From Nageia nagi (taxonomy: Eukaryota > Plantae > Pinophyta), in NCBI GenBank assembly GCA_050084985.1, contig JBITNC010000001.1:158720001-158784000 (forward strand): 64,000 nucleotides of DNA, in the 5' to 3' direction. Shown here piece by piece: positions 12,411 through 26,419 of this stretch. The translations under genes and the position numbers were made by a program. The notes under the pieces were generated by a model that had not been told where the DNA came from, ran no database searches, and saw only the letters and a list, made by a program, of their open reading frames with translations. Each line of letters opens with the position of its first letter. Within the stretch, counting starts at the first letter, position 1.

Positions 12411-15404
12411 CAAAAAATTACAAGGCATGATAATTTTTCAAAAATACTACATGAATACAAAAGAATACCTAGTACAATGATGCCTTTGCACAACTTACCT
12501 CTCCTCATTTCTCCTCTCATATCCTCTATCCACTCACTTCTACAAACTCAATAAACTCAAAATTCCTGATAGGATTATCAATTTTTGATAGGTTTACTAC
12601 AATAGTCACATTAGTTTTTAGGATCTTATTTTGCACATGTATGACTATGCAATGTAGATGGAATATAAACATAAATATAAGTATGATAAAATTTAAATAT
12701 GCTCTATAATTATGCTCAAATGATTCAAATATGCTCTACAATCTCAATTATTCATAAATGACTTAAATATGCTCTATAATTATATTGCATGTTATTAACT
12801 TATTTGTAAAAATGTTTTGATACAGGCCAAGCATTGAAAGATCTTGCAACATGCTCCAATATTTTCATCTCATGATTCTATCTATACAACATGACACCTC
12901 CTTTGGTTCAATGATAGTCCAATTGTACAAGCATGAAAAAGGTAATTTATCAATTTTTAATAGGTTTGTTGCAATAGTCCCATCATATTTTGGGTTGCAT
13001 TTTTGAACATAAAGATTATGCAATGCATACAAAATATGAACACAAAGATAAGCATATTAAGATTCAAACATGCTTTACAGTTATACCAAAATGGTCAATA
13101 ATATCCTTATGATCAAGAATTACATAATTATGCTTTCAAATATATTATATATGTTCAAATATGTTCAAAATACTAATAAAATATGTGATTTGCAAGTGCC
13201 AAGTAGACACATCCACCTGTAAAGTTAGAATATTTTCTATAGTTTCATTTATGCCCAAATGATTCAAATATGCTCTACAATACTCCCACAACATTTGATT
13301 TTCAAGTACCAAGTAGACATGTATGCAAACTATGGAAGATGCATGATGCATAAATAATTTAATTCAATAAGATTCGAATAAGCTCTATAATTATGTTAAA
13401 ATGATTAAAACACACTCTACAATACTTCTATAACATGAAATAATTTATAAAAAATAAATTTCATATCATAATCTATAAAAAAATAAATTTTTTCATAAGA
13501 AGGTACATCATTAGTGGCATCTATATTAATAGAAAGATTCCTCCATCATGTAGGTCCTACATTTTCATATGAAAATAAACTATCTGATGATTTCAAGGCT
13601 ATAGGTTTTTCCTATAAGAGCTCATAATTTGTTAGAATATCAATAGTTTCAACATTATGAGTAAGAAAATATTTTAATCTTTGTCTATAAGATAGCACTT
13701 CCTATATAGATCTAACATGAATAGGAATTATATCTAACTTAGGAATTTCACCATTACTTTCATCAAAATGACTATTCAAGCTTACATTTTCAAATTCAAA
13801 TTGATCAACATTGAGATTTTCACCAATAATATCCATTTTCTTGCTAGAGATTGTAGACTCAGTATCACTAGGAGCATTAAGATGAGGTTATTATAAAGGT
13901 AGGTTAGGATTATGCCTAACACTTTGGATATCATTGAAATGAACCTGCCCTTTGGAAACCTTAGGGTTTTCTACATTTAGATCTATATTTTCAATATAGG
14001 TACAATAAACCCTAGTTTTATTCTTTTCTCTAGCTATTATTTGGAGTGGTTTAGGTAAAGGAATGAATAATAATGCAAATGGATTCATGACATTTCAAAA
14101 GGATGCCCTAGATCAAGACCTAGGTGTGTAAGAATGCTAGGTTCACCAAAATGTACAAAACAAATGTGTAAATACATAAATAAATAAATTGGTCTACTAG
14201 ATACATTGAATAACAAGAGATCTATATCAGATTACAAGTAATATACATGAAACATATAAACATGATACATAGTGAGGTCTATAGCCAATTTATGTACAAT
14301 CCTTGAAATAGAACCATAATGAATATTTAGAGGATTATGATTAAAATTTAGATGAGATATTAACAAATATTTGCTATAATATGTATGAATCATTCCCTGA
14401 AATCTGAACCTCTCAATCATGAAGGCACATGTTGTTGGCTATGTGGATCCGGTACACTACTAACGGTTTAAGGATGGTAATTTTGTGTTGTGTGCAAGAG
14501 AGAGAGATAAAAAAGCTCAAATATTTAATAAATTATCAAGATATATGGCATCAAGAGACATTATAAGTTTGATGTTTGGGATAACCACCTATTAAAGAGA
14601 TCCAATAGAGATGTCAACCTTCACCTCCGGTATTTATAACCTGCAACAAAACAAAAAGGAGTGAAAGCTGACACATAGCAATAACAATAATCATTTCAAT
14701 ATTTAAGATAACTTAAAATATAAACCATGGTATATAATATTACATTGGCCCCACCACATGGTATTGCAATGTAATAGCATTTTATCTTGATTTATGTATT
14801 ATTATGTTTTAATCATTTAATGCACTAAATATGATTTATTAAATAAATAGTAAATAAATTTTAGGCATCTAGATTAGGATAATTATAAATTATCATACAA
14901 AATTGTTGTTTTAAGGGTTCTTAAAGGCAATATTCAACTATTATAAATGTACCATTATGAATTGGTTACTGTTAAAACCGAATTTTAGTGTAGTATTTAT
15001 AGGCAACATGATGGATCATATCATTATTATCAAATATTTAAAAATATCATGGATGAGGAGGATATTCAACTCACTAACATACCTCTTGACTTGATCTAAA
15101 TTTTAATTAGTTGGCTTTCAATGCTTTAGTTTAGTGACCAAGGGCCATAATGGAGACTTTAATATCTTTTGCTACCTCCTAATCCACAAGGTTAATATTG
15201 GGGTGTGATTAAGCCACTCACACCTATTTTTATCATAAAGTATTCATATTTTATTAATATAATATATTTTCATTAAAAATTTAATTAAATGAAAGGTTTA
15301 AATTTTATTTTGATTAATAAAAGACTTATAATTTATCAATATTATGATAATTATATATATATATATATATATATTAATATTAATTATAGTAATCCATCCT
15401 TTCA

Positions 15405-15610
15405 AATTTAAACTTTGGAATTAGACTCTATGTCTATGGGGTTCTCTTCTATCAAAGCCACTTGGGAGTCATTTTTGGTCACATCCACACTAGTTAGAAA
15501 CCACTGACTAGATTTAGCATATCAACATGCATGTGAAGGAGGAGAGTTTTGAACCTTGGACATCCTTTTTTCCACTTGAAAGGTTTAACACCCACTTGTG
15601 AAGGGGGACA
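15405..15610 (-). mobile_element. Possible tRNA-derived SINE relic
   Basis: The minus strand carries a B-box-like GGTTCAAAAC (~15547-15556) in a GC-richer ~200-bp patch. The A-box is not convincing. Confidence 0.3.
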
Positions 15611-15619
15611 ATTATTTTT

Positions 15620-15960
15620 TTGATTCATGATATGTAAGAATGCAAAAGTTTAATGATATAAGAAAATATGATTTAAGATTTTTATGAAAAAGTTATAAAT
15701 ACATAAAAAAATAATTTCCAATCACAAAAGAATTATTAGAATATTAACTTCACTGAAATCTATTACAACTTTCTTAAAAACAAAATAAAATAAAAAATGA
15801 AATAAGTCTAATTAAAATTATTATTTGTAGATAGAGATAAAAAAAGAATAAAATAATATGATTACAATAACTTTCTACCATCAAAGATGATTAAACTAAA
15901 AATCAAGCTTATTCAAATTTATTTTCTCAGCTTCAATTTTTTTTCTCAAGAGAAAAGGAT
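15620..15960 (+). repeat. Dispersed repeat (second copy ~21755-22060)
   Basis: Shared ATTCATGATATGT...CAATCACAAAAGAATTAT...AATATTAACTTCAC...AATATGATTACAATA. Confidence 0.8.
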
Positions 15961-17636
15961 GTATAACCAATAGAGCTAGCCTGAAGTAAAAATTTCTTTT
16001 ATAAGTTTGCACCAATAGAGCTAGCCCGAAGTAAAAATTTATTTTATATCTAGTATATTTTTTCAACATTATTCATGTTATAATTGATAAATATTGTATT
16101 CTTTCATTTATTTGTAAGATCTAAGAGAATCTCTAAAACTACTCTATAAATCAACTTTTATTTTTATATTGTTAAAATAAGTGGTTATCCACTTTAAATG
16201 TATATCAAGTATGGATATAAAAGGTGATGTAATCTCACTCAAAATATTTTTCATATAATAAGTTGAATATTATTTTTGTCCTACATGTATAAATTATTTT
16301 ATTTTTAAAGTTGTTTTAGGAGTGTTTAATTAATGATAGATATATTATTTTCATGTTGAAATAAAATTTATGTAATTTTACAAGGAATAATGTTGCACAT
16401 TCTATTTGCACACCTACAATGCATTTTACCCATCTAAATATAAGAAAAAAATAAACTAGCTATTGCAACCTTATGCAATAGGTATGCCATAGATTAATAA
16501 TTATGTAGTATTATTTTTTATTAAAAGAGATAACATAATCATAATATTTAATTAATATGCATTTAATTAATATTCATTTAATTAATAAATAAATAAGTTT
16601 CCAACAAGTTGTTCAAAAATGGGAAATAAAAATTAGGTACTTTAGAAGAGGTCAAGTTGAAATCTCTATCTTAGTGGCCCAATGGTAGTGCAACAGGTAG
16701 AGAAAAGGGATTTGAAGATATATGTCCACACTGAAGTAGCTACTCATGTCAAATTTGGAATGTAAGATTAATCACCTAGGAATATACATCATCTACTTAC
16801 CAAGAAGAATACAATATGTATTGACCTAAAACCATTCAATTCCCAAAATAGATATTTAAGTATTACTTATTTGGTTCTCAAATAAATGATACTAATGGGT
16901 TTTATAACAAACAAGAAATGAATGGAAAATCCATAATGTTTATGGTTTGGGATTTGGGTTTAGTGGAGGCTATGCAAATGCAAGCCCCCTCTTCCACAAA
17001 TTATGACATGTACTCTCCACATTTGGAGATGCTAGGAAGACCCTACTCCTAAGTGCAATGGAAGTTCCCTACCTAGGCCATTGGTCTTGCTGATCACCCA
17101 TTGACATCGTAGAGCTAAGTATACTTTAATGATTCTCCTCCCCTCCCATTTATCTTCTCTCCTCTTTCCCTCTCCCTTAACACTCCTACATGTGGGATCA
17201 TCATACAATCTTATGTTCAAAGTAGGTGTACATAAATAGTTCATAGTTTTCTAGCTTATTCTTCAATGCTGCCACCATATTTAAGCTCAAATTGAGTTTA
17301 TAATATAATAGCTTTAATAAAATTCACACCGCATTAAGCTTCCTATACTATAAGTTTACCCAAATATTCTTACCCAAAATATAAAACATTTTAGATGGAT
17401 GAAATACATAATTCATTTTTGTATCTCATTTTGTCATAGTGTATTATGTTAATTGGGTTGATTTCATTTATTAATAAATTTGAATAATAAATACTATACA
17501 TTCCTTTCATAATATACAAAGAAAACATTCACTATATTAAAATATACACACACACACACACAGATATCTATATATATATACTTTAAATAAATAATAAAAA
17601 AAAAATATTATACATCTCTTTAATTATGTTTAAAAA

Positions 17637-17639
<3 letters not shown>

Positions 17640-17690
<51 letters not shown>
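17640..17690. repeat. (CA)n microsatellite
   Basis: About 25 perfect CA units, with a shorter CA/TA tract at ~17545-17580. Confidence 0.97.
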
Positions 17691-17692
<2 letters not shown>

Positions 17693-20600
17693 GCTTCATT
17701 ATAAATGGTAACTTAGAATCATTCATATTATTTTGAGGATAGAGAGTGTTGCTAGTTCAATATTCTATTTTGTTTAATAGATACAATATAAGTAAGTTTT
17801 TTTTGTTTAATATCCTATATTAAGGTATTATATAGCACCTCAACTAGATAAGGAGCAGGTGTAGGAAATGAATTATATTTTAATCCTATATTGAGTTTCT
17901 CCTCAGAGAATAGTTAATCATTTACATAAATGCTATTTTTATCACATATGGTAATATATATTTTAAAAATATCTAAAATACATTGTATGTTTAGTATTTA
18001 TGTGCAATCATATTGTAATATGTATATTTAATAATATGTATATTTAGTTTGAGATAGTTAATATCAAAATTATAGTTAACTAACTATATCAATAATATTT
18101 TTTATAAAACTTTAATAATACGTTATCATATTAATAATATAATATTTCTATATTATAACATTTAATAGTTGATTACAAGTAGTGTTTTTATTTTTCTTTA
18201 TGCATATCTCACTACTCATATCATGGGAAAATGATGATAACTAAGAAATATCATATAATTAACATAGAACCTTTACTACCTCCTCAAATTGATATATTCA
18301 TCAAAGAATTGATATGTATTTCAAATATCTCACTTAATACAAAGGTTGTCATTATTTAATTGCTAATAACCCTCCATACAATGTTATTCAAGGGTTAAAT
18401 GAATAATTGATGATTTGTTATAATATGGAAATATTTGAATATATTTTAATAAATTAATCATAGTCATCCTATTTTATATGGTCATATTAATCATCTTGTT
18501 TATTATATTATTAAATTCTAATATCTATTTTTAATAATAATCTATATTCTATACTAGATAGGTAACATTATTATCATATATTATATTTTTATATCTTAAT
18601 TGTACTTCAAAATATATTACAAACTGTATTAATGGAGTTTAAATTTATTAAATATAAAAATTTATTATCAAATGCAATTTTTTTCATCTTGTGCATACAC
18701 ATTATGAAAATAAATATCTTTTGAGAGCTTCATCTCTTTCTATCAAAAGGAGTTAAATTATGTGTTATGAATGTCATGGATAAGTAAAACTAAAATATTT
18801 GAATGTCTTCATTGAAAAATTTTCTTTATTAAGAATTGTATTAAGATATTATATGAATTCTAAATTCATTAATTTATATTTAAATCTTATTGTACATATT
18901 TTTGTAGTTTATTCTATTCTAATTACAAAATAATCATCAAAGCATTCTAAAAAGTATTAATAATTATATAGACTAAAAAGATCAAATCTTTTATAATAAA
19001 AAATATCAATTAGAAATTATAATTACCTAGATAATTATAATAACTTAACATAGTACATTATGATTATATTGTAATGTATGTTTTAGTTTTACTGTTAGTT
19101 TGATAAAGTTAGTATGAATTTTATACATTTTCTTTCTCATATCAATTATATTTGAGGAAATGTGATTTTATATTCTTGCACAATCCTCTAAATTTTACAA
19201 CTCATAATGATTGAGGTAGCAATCCATCATATTTTACTAGCATACAAAGAGGATGCAACATATTTATGATTTTTAATACATTTCAATAATTATAATATAG
19301 TTTCTATCCACTACGATGTTATGTGGATTGTCCTTATGCATTAATAAGAGGATATATCATATGTGGATACTTTATTTTATTATTATATTTTCTACTAATA
19401 TTATTACAAATTACTATAGTAAAATAATATGCAAATACCATATTATCAAAGTGAATACATGAAAATTTCATATGCTAATGTTATATTTGAAATTCATAAT
19501 ATTATAATAAACTTTCATTTCATAAATATTTAACTATGCATTTGTTTACTATAAATTTGATGTATGATATAAAAAAATAAATACTTATCTGTAATCTATA
19601 AAAAACAAATGAATATAAATTATTTATCACTTACTCAAGATCCTATAAATTCTTTTTTATGTATAATATTAACAATTTACATGATAAATAAAATAAATAA
19701 TAACAATTTTAAAAAACTACAATAATAATAATGTAAGAATAATAATCCAAAACTAATTATGAAAAATTATCTTGATTTGTAGAGACATTTTGAAAAGAAA
19801 ATAAAAAAGTATATCATTATGCACATATCAATAATTTTTTACTTTCAAAAGTATTAAAGAATAATGATTGTTGTTAAGTTATAAGTTAGTAATTATAATA
19901 GTAAAATATAAGTAGTATTAGTAAAAATATTTTATCAAACATAATAATTCTAAATTGACTTACATGATTATGAAAATAAATATTTATTGTAAATATGATC
20001 TCTTGTAATCATAATAGAATAATTATGCGTTTGAACCCATAGGAATTGTAATCTAATAAAATATTTGTTTATTTTTCACAAGAAAGAATATTACATTCAC
20101 TCAAATAAAAGTCAAAGTAAATAATAAGATAAATGCTGAACTACACTTATTTAGATATATCATTAGAAAACATAATAACATCACATAATAAATATTAAAA
20201 TTCAAATAAAAAATATTGTATTCAATCAAATAAAAAATATCATATAAAACAATTACAAATGAAATTAAATAATAATATACTAATTGAAAGTATTCATTGA
20301 AAATAAGTTCATATCTATTTCAAAGTTTGTTATTGCACTATTACTTTTTAAAAGATCATATTTACAATTAATAACACATGTTATTATGGTAAATTTACTT
20401 GTAATATTATTTAATTCATTAAATATTTGTTATAAATTTTTTATATTAGATAAGATTTCTTATTTATCAATTAAATGATTAGTTAGAAGATATAGTTTGA
20501 TAATATGCAATATTAGTATAATGACACAACACACATGGCCATGTAAAACCAAAAAAATAATAAAAAAATTAAATCTAAAGGCTAAAAACTATTTCATGGT

Positions 20601-22139
20601 TGACCCACTCTCCAACAAATTCTTAGTTTTCGATTTGAAAATGAGCTTCAAAAGTTGAGAGGAGGATGCCTATGACGTAATAATCTAAATTATGTATGAT
20701 CCTTCATGATCTTATATTTTGTATTTATACTCCCTAATTAGAGAAACATTTTTTTATGTATGATCCTTCATGATCTTATATTTAGTATTGATACTCCCTA
20801 ATTTCAAAAAATATGCTTTAAGCATTAATAACCACATTGTGGATCATAATCATTATAAAATTTAATAATATAACTCTTACAATAAAAGAATTTTATAATT
20901 ACCAAAGGTAATAAAATATTGAGTGAAAAATCATATATATGAGGTTAGATCTTCTTTTTCTTGAACATCTAAAATAATGAAATAATTTGATGCTTTATGA
21001 TATGAAAGACAAAGGGTGTTAAGTAAAGTTACACGTTCAATGACACCATTCATAGATATTTAAGGAATGTCCATTATTTGTTGGTTTAATTGGATGATAT
21101 GTGCTTGGTGGTTTTAGTTAATGTTGTTTATGAGGATGTAGAGTTGTTTATTTAGGATCTGCCTTACTGATTTGAAGGAACTTTGTATTTGGATATGTAG
21201 ATAAAGATTATGGGGATGAGATAAGATTTTATGTGATTTTGAAGTAATTTTGTTAGTGCAATTGAGTGACATATGCTTGATGCTTTTGGTTGATGTTGTT
21301 AATGAGGATGTAGAATTGTCATTTCACCAATCACTATTGATTTGATAGAATTTGGTATGTAGATATGCGTATGGAGATTATGAGGATGAGATAAGATTTT
21401 ACATTATATTTAAGGAAACATGGTGATGTTTGGCATAAACATGCAAACATTCTTAACATATTATGGAAAAATAGAATATTTGAGATTTCAATAACTTTGA
21501 TAGTCAACTATGGAATAGAATCTCAAAAGGGTTAGTTATGTATTATGGTTGAATGGACTGAGAGAAACTATATTATACTAAATTGATTGAACAAACTAGG
21601 ATTTGATTGATTGATCACTTGACTAATGAAATTTTAATTCTTAAGTAGAAAATTATAAAAGAGATTAAAGTTACTTCAATTAAATGAAAGATTTATATTT
21701 TATTTTGATTAAATGAAAGGTTTATGTTTCATCGATATTATGGACATTGTTTTTATAATTCATGATATGTGGAAATGCAAAGACTTCAAAATATAACAGA
21801 TTGTGAATTAAATCTTTTTAAAAAAATTATAAATATATACAAATATAATTTTCAATCACAAAAGAATTATAGGAATATTAACTTCACCAAAATATATTAT
21901 AATAATCTTAATAAATAAATAAAATCTAATTAGAAATATTACCATAGATAAAGATAGAACAGGATAAAATAATATGATTACAATATCTCTCTACCATTAA
22001 ATATCATCAAGATCAAGATCAAATCTATTTTCTTAGGCTCAAATTTATTGTGCAAAGAAGATATGGAATCTGGAGGCTTGTCTAGAAAGCTTTCAAGATT
22101 TGAGACACTCTTGTAGACTAATGAGAGTGTCCATGTTCT

Positions 22140-25100
22140 TGAAGAAAGCATTATATGGTATAAAGAAAGCATAAAGGGAATGGTATGCAAGATTATATAG
22201 CTATATTCTTCAACAAAAATTCAAGAAATATATGGTTGATAGTAATCTTTATGTCAAAATTGAAGATACTAATTAAATTGTAGTGGTTGTATATGTGGAT
22301 GATATTATCTTTAGATGTTGTAAATATAAGTTATGTAAGGAGTTTGTTGCTCAAATGCAAAGTGGATTTGAAATGTCCATGATAGTTGAGTTATCTTATT
22401 TCCTTGGCCTAAACATTTATCAATTAGATAAAGAAATATTTATTTCTTAGATAAAATATGTCAAGGAGATTTTAACAATGTTTGGTATGGTAGATTGCAA
22501 ACCAATTGGTTACCCCATGACAACTAGATGTGAGCTTAGTGAGGATGATAAGTCACATTCAATTGATCAAACCTTGTATAGGTTTATTATTGGAAGTCTA
22601 ATATACTTAATAGCCTTAAGACCTAAGATTCTTCAAGTAGTATGTATGGTTTCTAGATTTCAAGAATATCCCAAAGAAATGCATGTGCAAGCAGTAAAGA
22701 GGATTTTTAGATATCTTAAAGGAACAATGGAGGATGGTTTATGGTATCCCAAAGGAAAAAGAATTTACTTTAATTGCTTATTCAGATGTTGATTGGGCTA
22801 GATGTATTGATAATAGAAAAATCACAAGTGGTGGTGCTTTCTACCTTGGTAGAAAATTTGTATCATAGTATATTAAAAATCAAGATTTAGTGTCATTATG
22901 TACAATAGAAGTAGAGTATATTGCAAGAACATTATATTGTACACATGTATTATGGATGAAGAAAACCATGAAAGATCTAGGAATTAATTTTAGTGAGCCC
23001 ATTTATTATTTGTATGACAACACAAGTGCCATCAACATTTCAAAAAATCTAATTATGCAGTCTAAAACTAAGCACATAGAAATCAAATATCATTTTCTAA
23101 TAGATAAGTTTGCTAAGAATGAGGTGAAGTTGGAGTTTTTTCCTATTGTAGAGTAAGTGATTGATATCTTTACCAAACCATTTCCCAAGGAAGTGTTTGA
23201 ATATCTTAAACAAAAATTGGGAGTAGTCACTCTTCCCAAACATTAGGTAGTTATTGGCTACACATTCTCAAGGGTACCAATTCATAATTTGTATCTTATG
23301 CTCCTATGCATGTTATTTTATATTTTTTAATTATAACATGAACTTGATAATGGTGCATGGATTCAAGGGGAGCAATCTAATGAGAATGACCTATACAAAC
23401 TACAAGGGAGTTAGCACTTAGTTAGCTATGGATATCAATGGAACCCTTTTTCATTATTTTCAAAGGGGAAGAAAAAATTAGCAATGAGTAATGAACAAAG
23501 ATGTAGTAGATTAGATTCAATAGAAAGTGGCAACAAGAGTATAATAGAAGTAAGCTTAGATACGAGTTTATATCATACACAGTAGCTCCTAGAATGTGTG
23601 TTACAAAGTATATGTTGCCAATAATAACAAAGGGAAAGATTATTGAGTAAGTGTATAGTTTTCATTATTTTCAACAAATAAAAAAGAAGAATATATCATT
23701 GTTGCCAACACACCATAACAAAGAAGTTAAAATGGAAGAAAACATATGAAGTTTGAGAATAGCTAGTAAAATTCAACAATACCAAATGAATCCCAAGGTG
23801 AAGTATAACAATGTAGAATGAAGGTCGATAATGCAAAGTGATATCCGATAATGTAGGGCTAAGGTTGAAAATACAATGTGAATTTTGATAATGCAATGTG
23901 AAGGCCAACAATGTAAGGTGAAGTCCAAGAATGCAAGGTAATGTCCAAAACTAAAATATGGAAGTGTAATGGTAAGAATTTATAGTAAAAAAATGATCAA
24001 TCATATTTAGAGAGCTATAACTCTCAATTCAAGATTTAAATTAACTTCATTTCCTATTTATTAAATATTGTTTGATATAAGCTTTCTAACGAGTATATGC
24101 ATGCCTATTTTTATCGAAAATTGCCCACTAAACAAAGTAGCATATTAAAATATGCTAAAAATTCTTATCAAGCATAAAAACATTTATCAAGCATAAAAAA
24201 TGTTATTTGGGTATCATAAACATTTATCCAAGGTAAAAATAAAGTACTTATGGGGTTAAAAATGTAGAAGATAAAACAAGTGATATTATCCAACAAGTTT
24301 TAGGCATTTATGCACACTTTGTTGGGCATCAAAGAAGTTTTTCAACCACCAATAAAGTTTTTTGGAAGTCAAAAGACTTAGAGGATAAATAAAGTGTGAT
24401 TATTCCAATGCAAAAAAATGTAGAGGATAAATAAAGTGTGATGATCCCATAATTTATTTTGGGAATTTATGACTATTTTTTTCTACAGTAGATATGAAAA
24501 TGACTGCCAAATGCTCATTTTTGAAGCTAAATGGATCATATGACAAGTTGATTCACATATACTAGACCTAAAGTATCTAATGGTGAAGGTTTTATTGCAT
24601 TTGGACATTTGTATCAAAAGTTATAGTAGCATCAATAAATGGAATTTTCTTATGTTCGTTATTTTTATAACTGGAAGTGAATAGAAAAAGAGTGATTTGT
24701 GAATGAAATAGAAAAAGGAATTAAGTGCAACCTAACAAAAATAAATAGGGATTGGTGATTATTTCAAGTATGTAACTAAAAAATATGGTTTAAAATAGTT
24801 ACAACTGAGTGTAGCAAGTCAAAATAGTTTTGGAGTATAGCCAAGTAAAAGAATGAAGTGGATACAAAGATGGTTTTGTTGTTAAGGGGAGAATATGTGA
24901 AAGGTGTTGTTGAAGGTAGAATAAGATGACATAAGTGTATGCCAAGAAAGAAGGATGGATATGTAGAGACAATAAGATATATAAGATTATTAGTAGTATG
25001 GTAGAAAATATTTTGTTGAGATAAAAAGGAGATTGCAAATGCTAAATATTTTTAAATGAAAATAAAAGGAATAGTTTGGCTATAGAAATTGATCACGAGA

Positions 25101-25535
25101 ATTAGACAGAGACAATAAAGAGTGAAGTTTGATGAGCTAAACCATTGAGGGTATTTGTGATAGGTTTGAAAACATTTTTCAAAATTACTAATATGTTTCT
25201 TCATGAAGTTGGTGCTTAGTAATCAGATTTGATGCCCTTTGTAGTGGGTGTTGTAGAACATAGGGGTTGGTGCTCCTTCCAATGGATGCTAGTAAACTAA
25301 TTGTAAAATTAATTCTTTGGAATGAGTGTATTTGTACCATGATCTAAGAAGTATTCTTCAAATATGTAGTCACATTGGTGAACATCTTTACATCTTGTGT
25401 TAAGTGATGCTCTCTTGGTGTGCTTGATTTATCTAGTTTCATGTTTGCACTATTTATCTTTAAATATTCAAGATTTAAATTTTAAATTATAACACTGATT
25501 CACCCTTGCCTTTCAGTGTCATTTTGGGAGTAATA
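22140..25535 (+). mobile_element. 5'-truncated Ty1/Copia (SIRE-like) element: RT C-terminus, RNase H and 3' LTR
   Basis: VVVYVDDIIF (RT), ORFs 22478-22792 and 22890-23156 (RT/RNase H: DNTSAINISKN..QSKTKHIEIKYHFL), PPT-like AAAGGGAAAGAT, LTR ~23641-25535 ending CTGATTCACCC..CAGTG..GGGAGTAATA. Confidence 0.92.
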
Positions 25536-25539
25536 TGAA

Positions 25540-25960
25540 TTTTATATCCTCCAATCATTATATTCCATGAAATTATCTCTATATTATGCATGTTATCAAA
25601 TAATTCTTGATCTTATATATTATTTTACATTGTGCATACATGGCTATTAGAGAAATCATAACCATAAAATTTAATAAAAAAATATCTTCAAGTAATATTT
25701 AATGGATTAAAATACCTTTTTCATGAGATCTAATGGTGGTATATGTTGCAAGAATATCAACAAAGGTTGTAGAGTTTATCTTTACACCTTATAATTACAT
25801 AAAAGTCTCTAAAGTGTTTCCAAGAAAACCATTTTATGAATATATTGTAATCATTACAGTGGATAGAATTTTATTTGCATCAAATAGTTGTAAGCTTCAA
25901 GAAAAATCAAGGGTAGATAATCACGAATACTTCCTTCCCACATGAGTCCTTCCTGCTAGC
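25540..25960 (-). pseudogene. PLS-class PPR gene fragment
   Basis: The minus strand gives frame-broken TLETF...GVKINSTTFVDILAT...ISLIAMYAQC...ELFDNMH..EIISWN, resembling a P-L-S triplet. Confidence 0.82.
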
Positions 25961-26419
25961 ACCCTTTGTATTTATTTTTTATGTTTTTAAGTGCAATTTT
26001 TCTTTCAAATGAACATTTCAAGATTTTTATAGTGTAGTTTAAATCATTATACAAAATCATCATCTTATGGGTTTTTAAATGTAGTTTTCAACTAGCATAG
26101 AATAACCATCATGAATTAGCTACCATTAAAATCCAATTTTGGTTTAGTTTTTATAGATGACAAGATGGGTTATCTCAATATCACCAAATATTTAATAGAA
26201 TCCCATGGATGATAAGGACCTCCCACTTGCTTGTACACCTTACTTGATTTGAGTTTTAATTAGTTGGTTTTCAATGCCTAGGTTTAGTATCCAAGGGTCA
26301 TAATGAAGAATTTATTATTTTTTATTGCTTCCTAACCCATGAGGTTAGTATGACTCCATATTGGGCTTTGATTAAGTCACCCATACCTTTTTTTTTTATT
26401 ACAAGGTGTTTATATTTTT

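Larger units (their letters stand above)
1..13490 (+). repeat. Segmental duplication block A (paralog at ~40414-52820)
   Basis: Start CATTCTAGATTTTAACAAGCAATATTATGATTATTAGAG recurs at ~40415. The same order of Copia relics, Gypsy element, LINE RT fragment and PPR repeats continues to ~13490/52820, at roughly 80-85% identity by eye. Confidence 0.95.

Noticed and set aside
13520-14090. Possible LINE ORF1 relic and a TTAGGGTTT telomere-like motif
   Set aside because: There is no diagnostic motif, and a single telomere-like unit is not an array.
20690-21410. Local duplications (~63 bp at 20693/20756; ~175 bp at 21125/21298) and a possible transposase relic
   Set aside because: The duplications are real but unremarkable, and the peptide similarity is too weak to assign.
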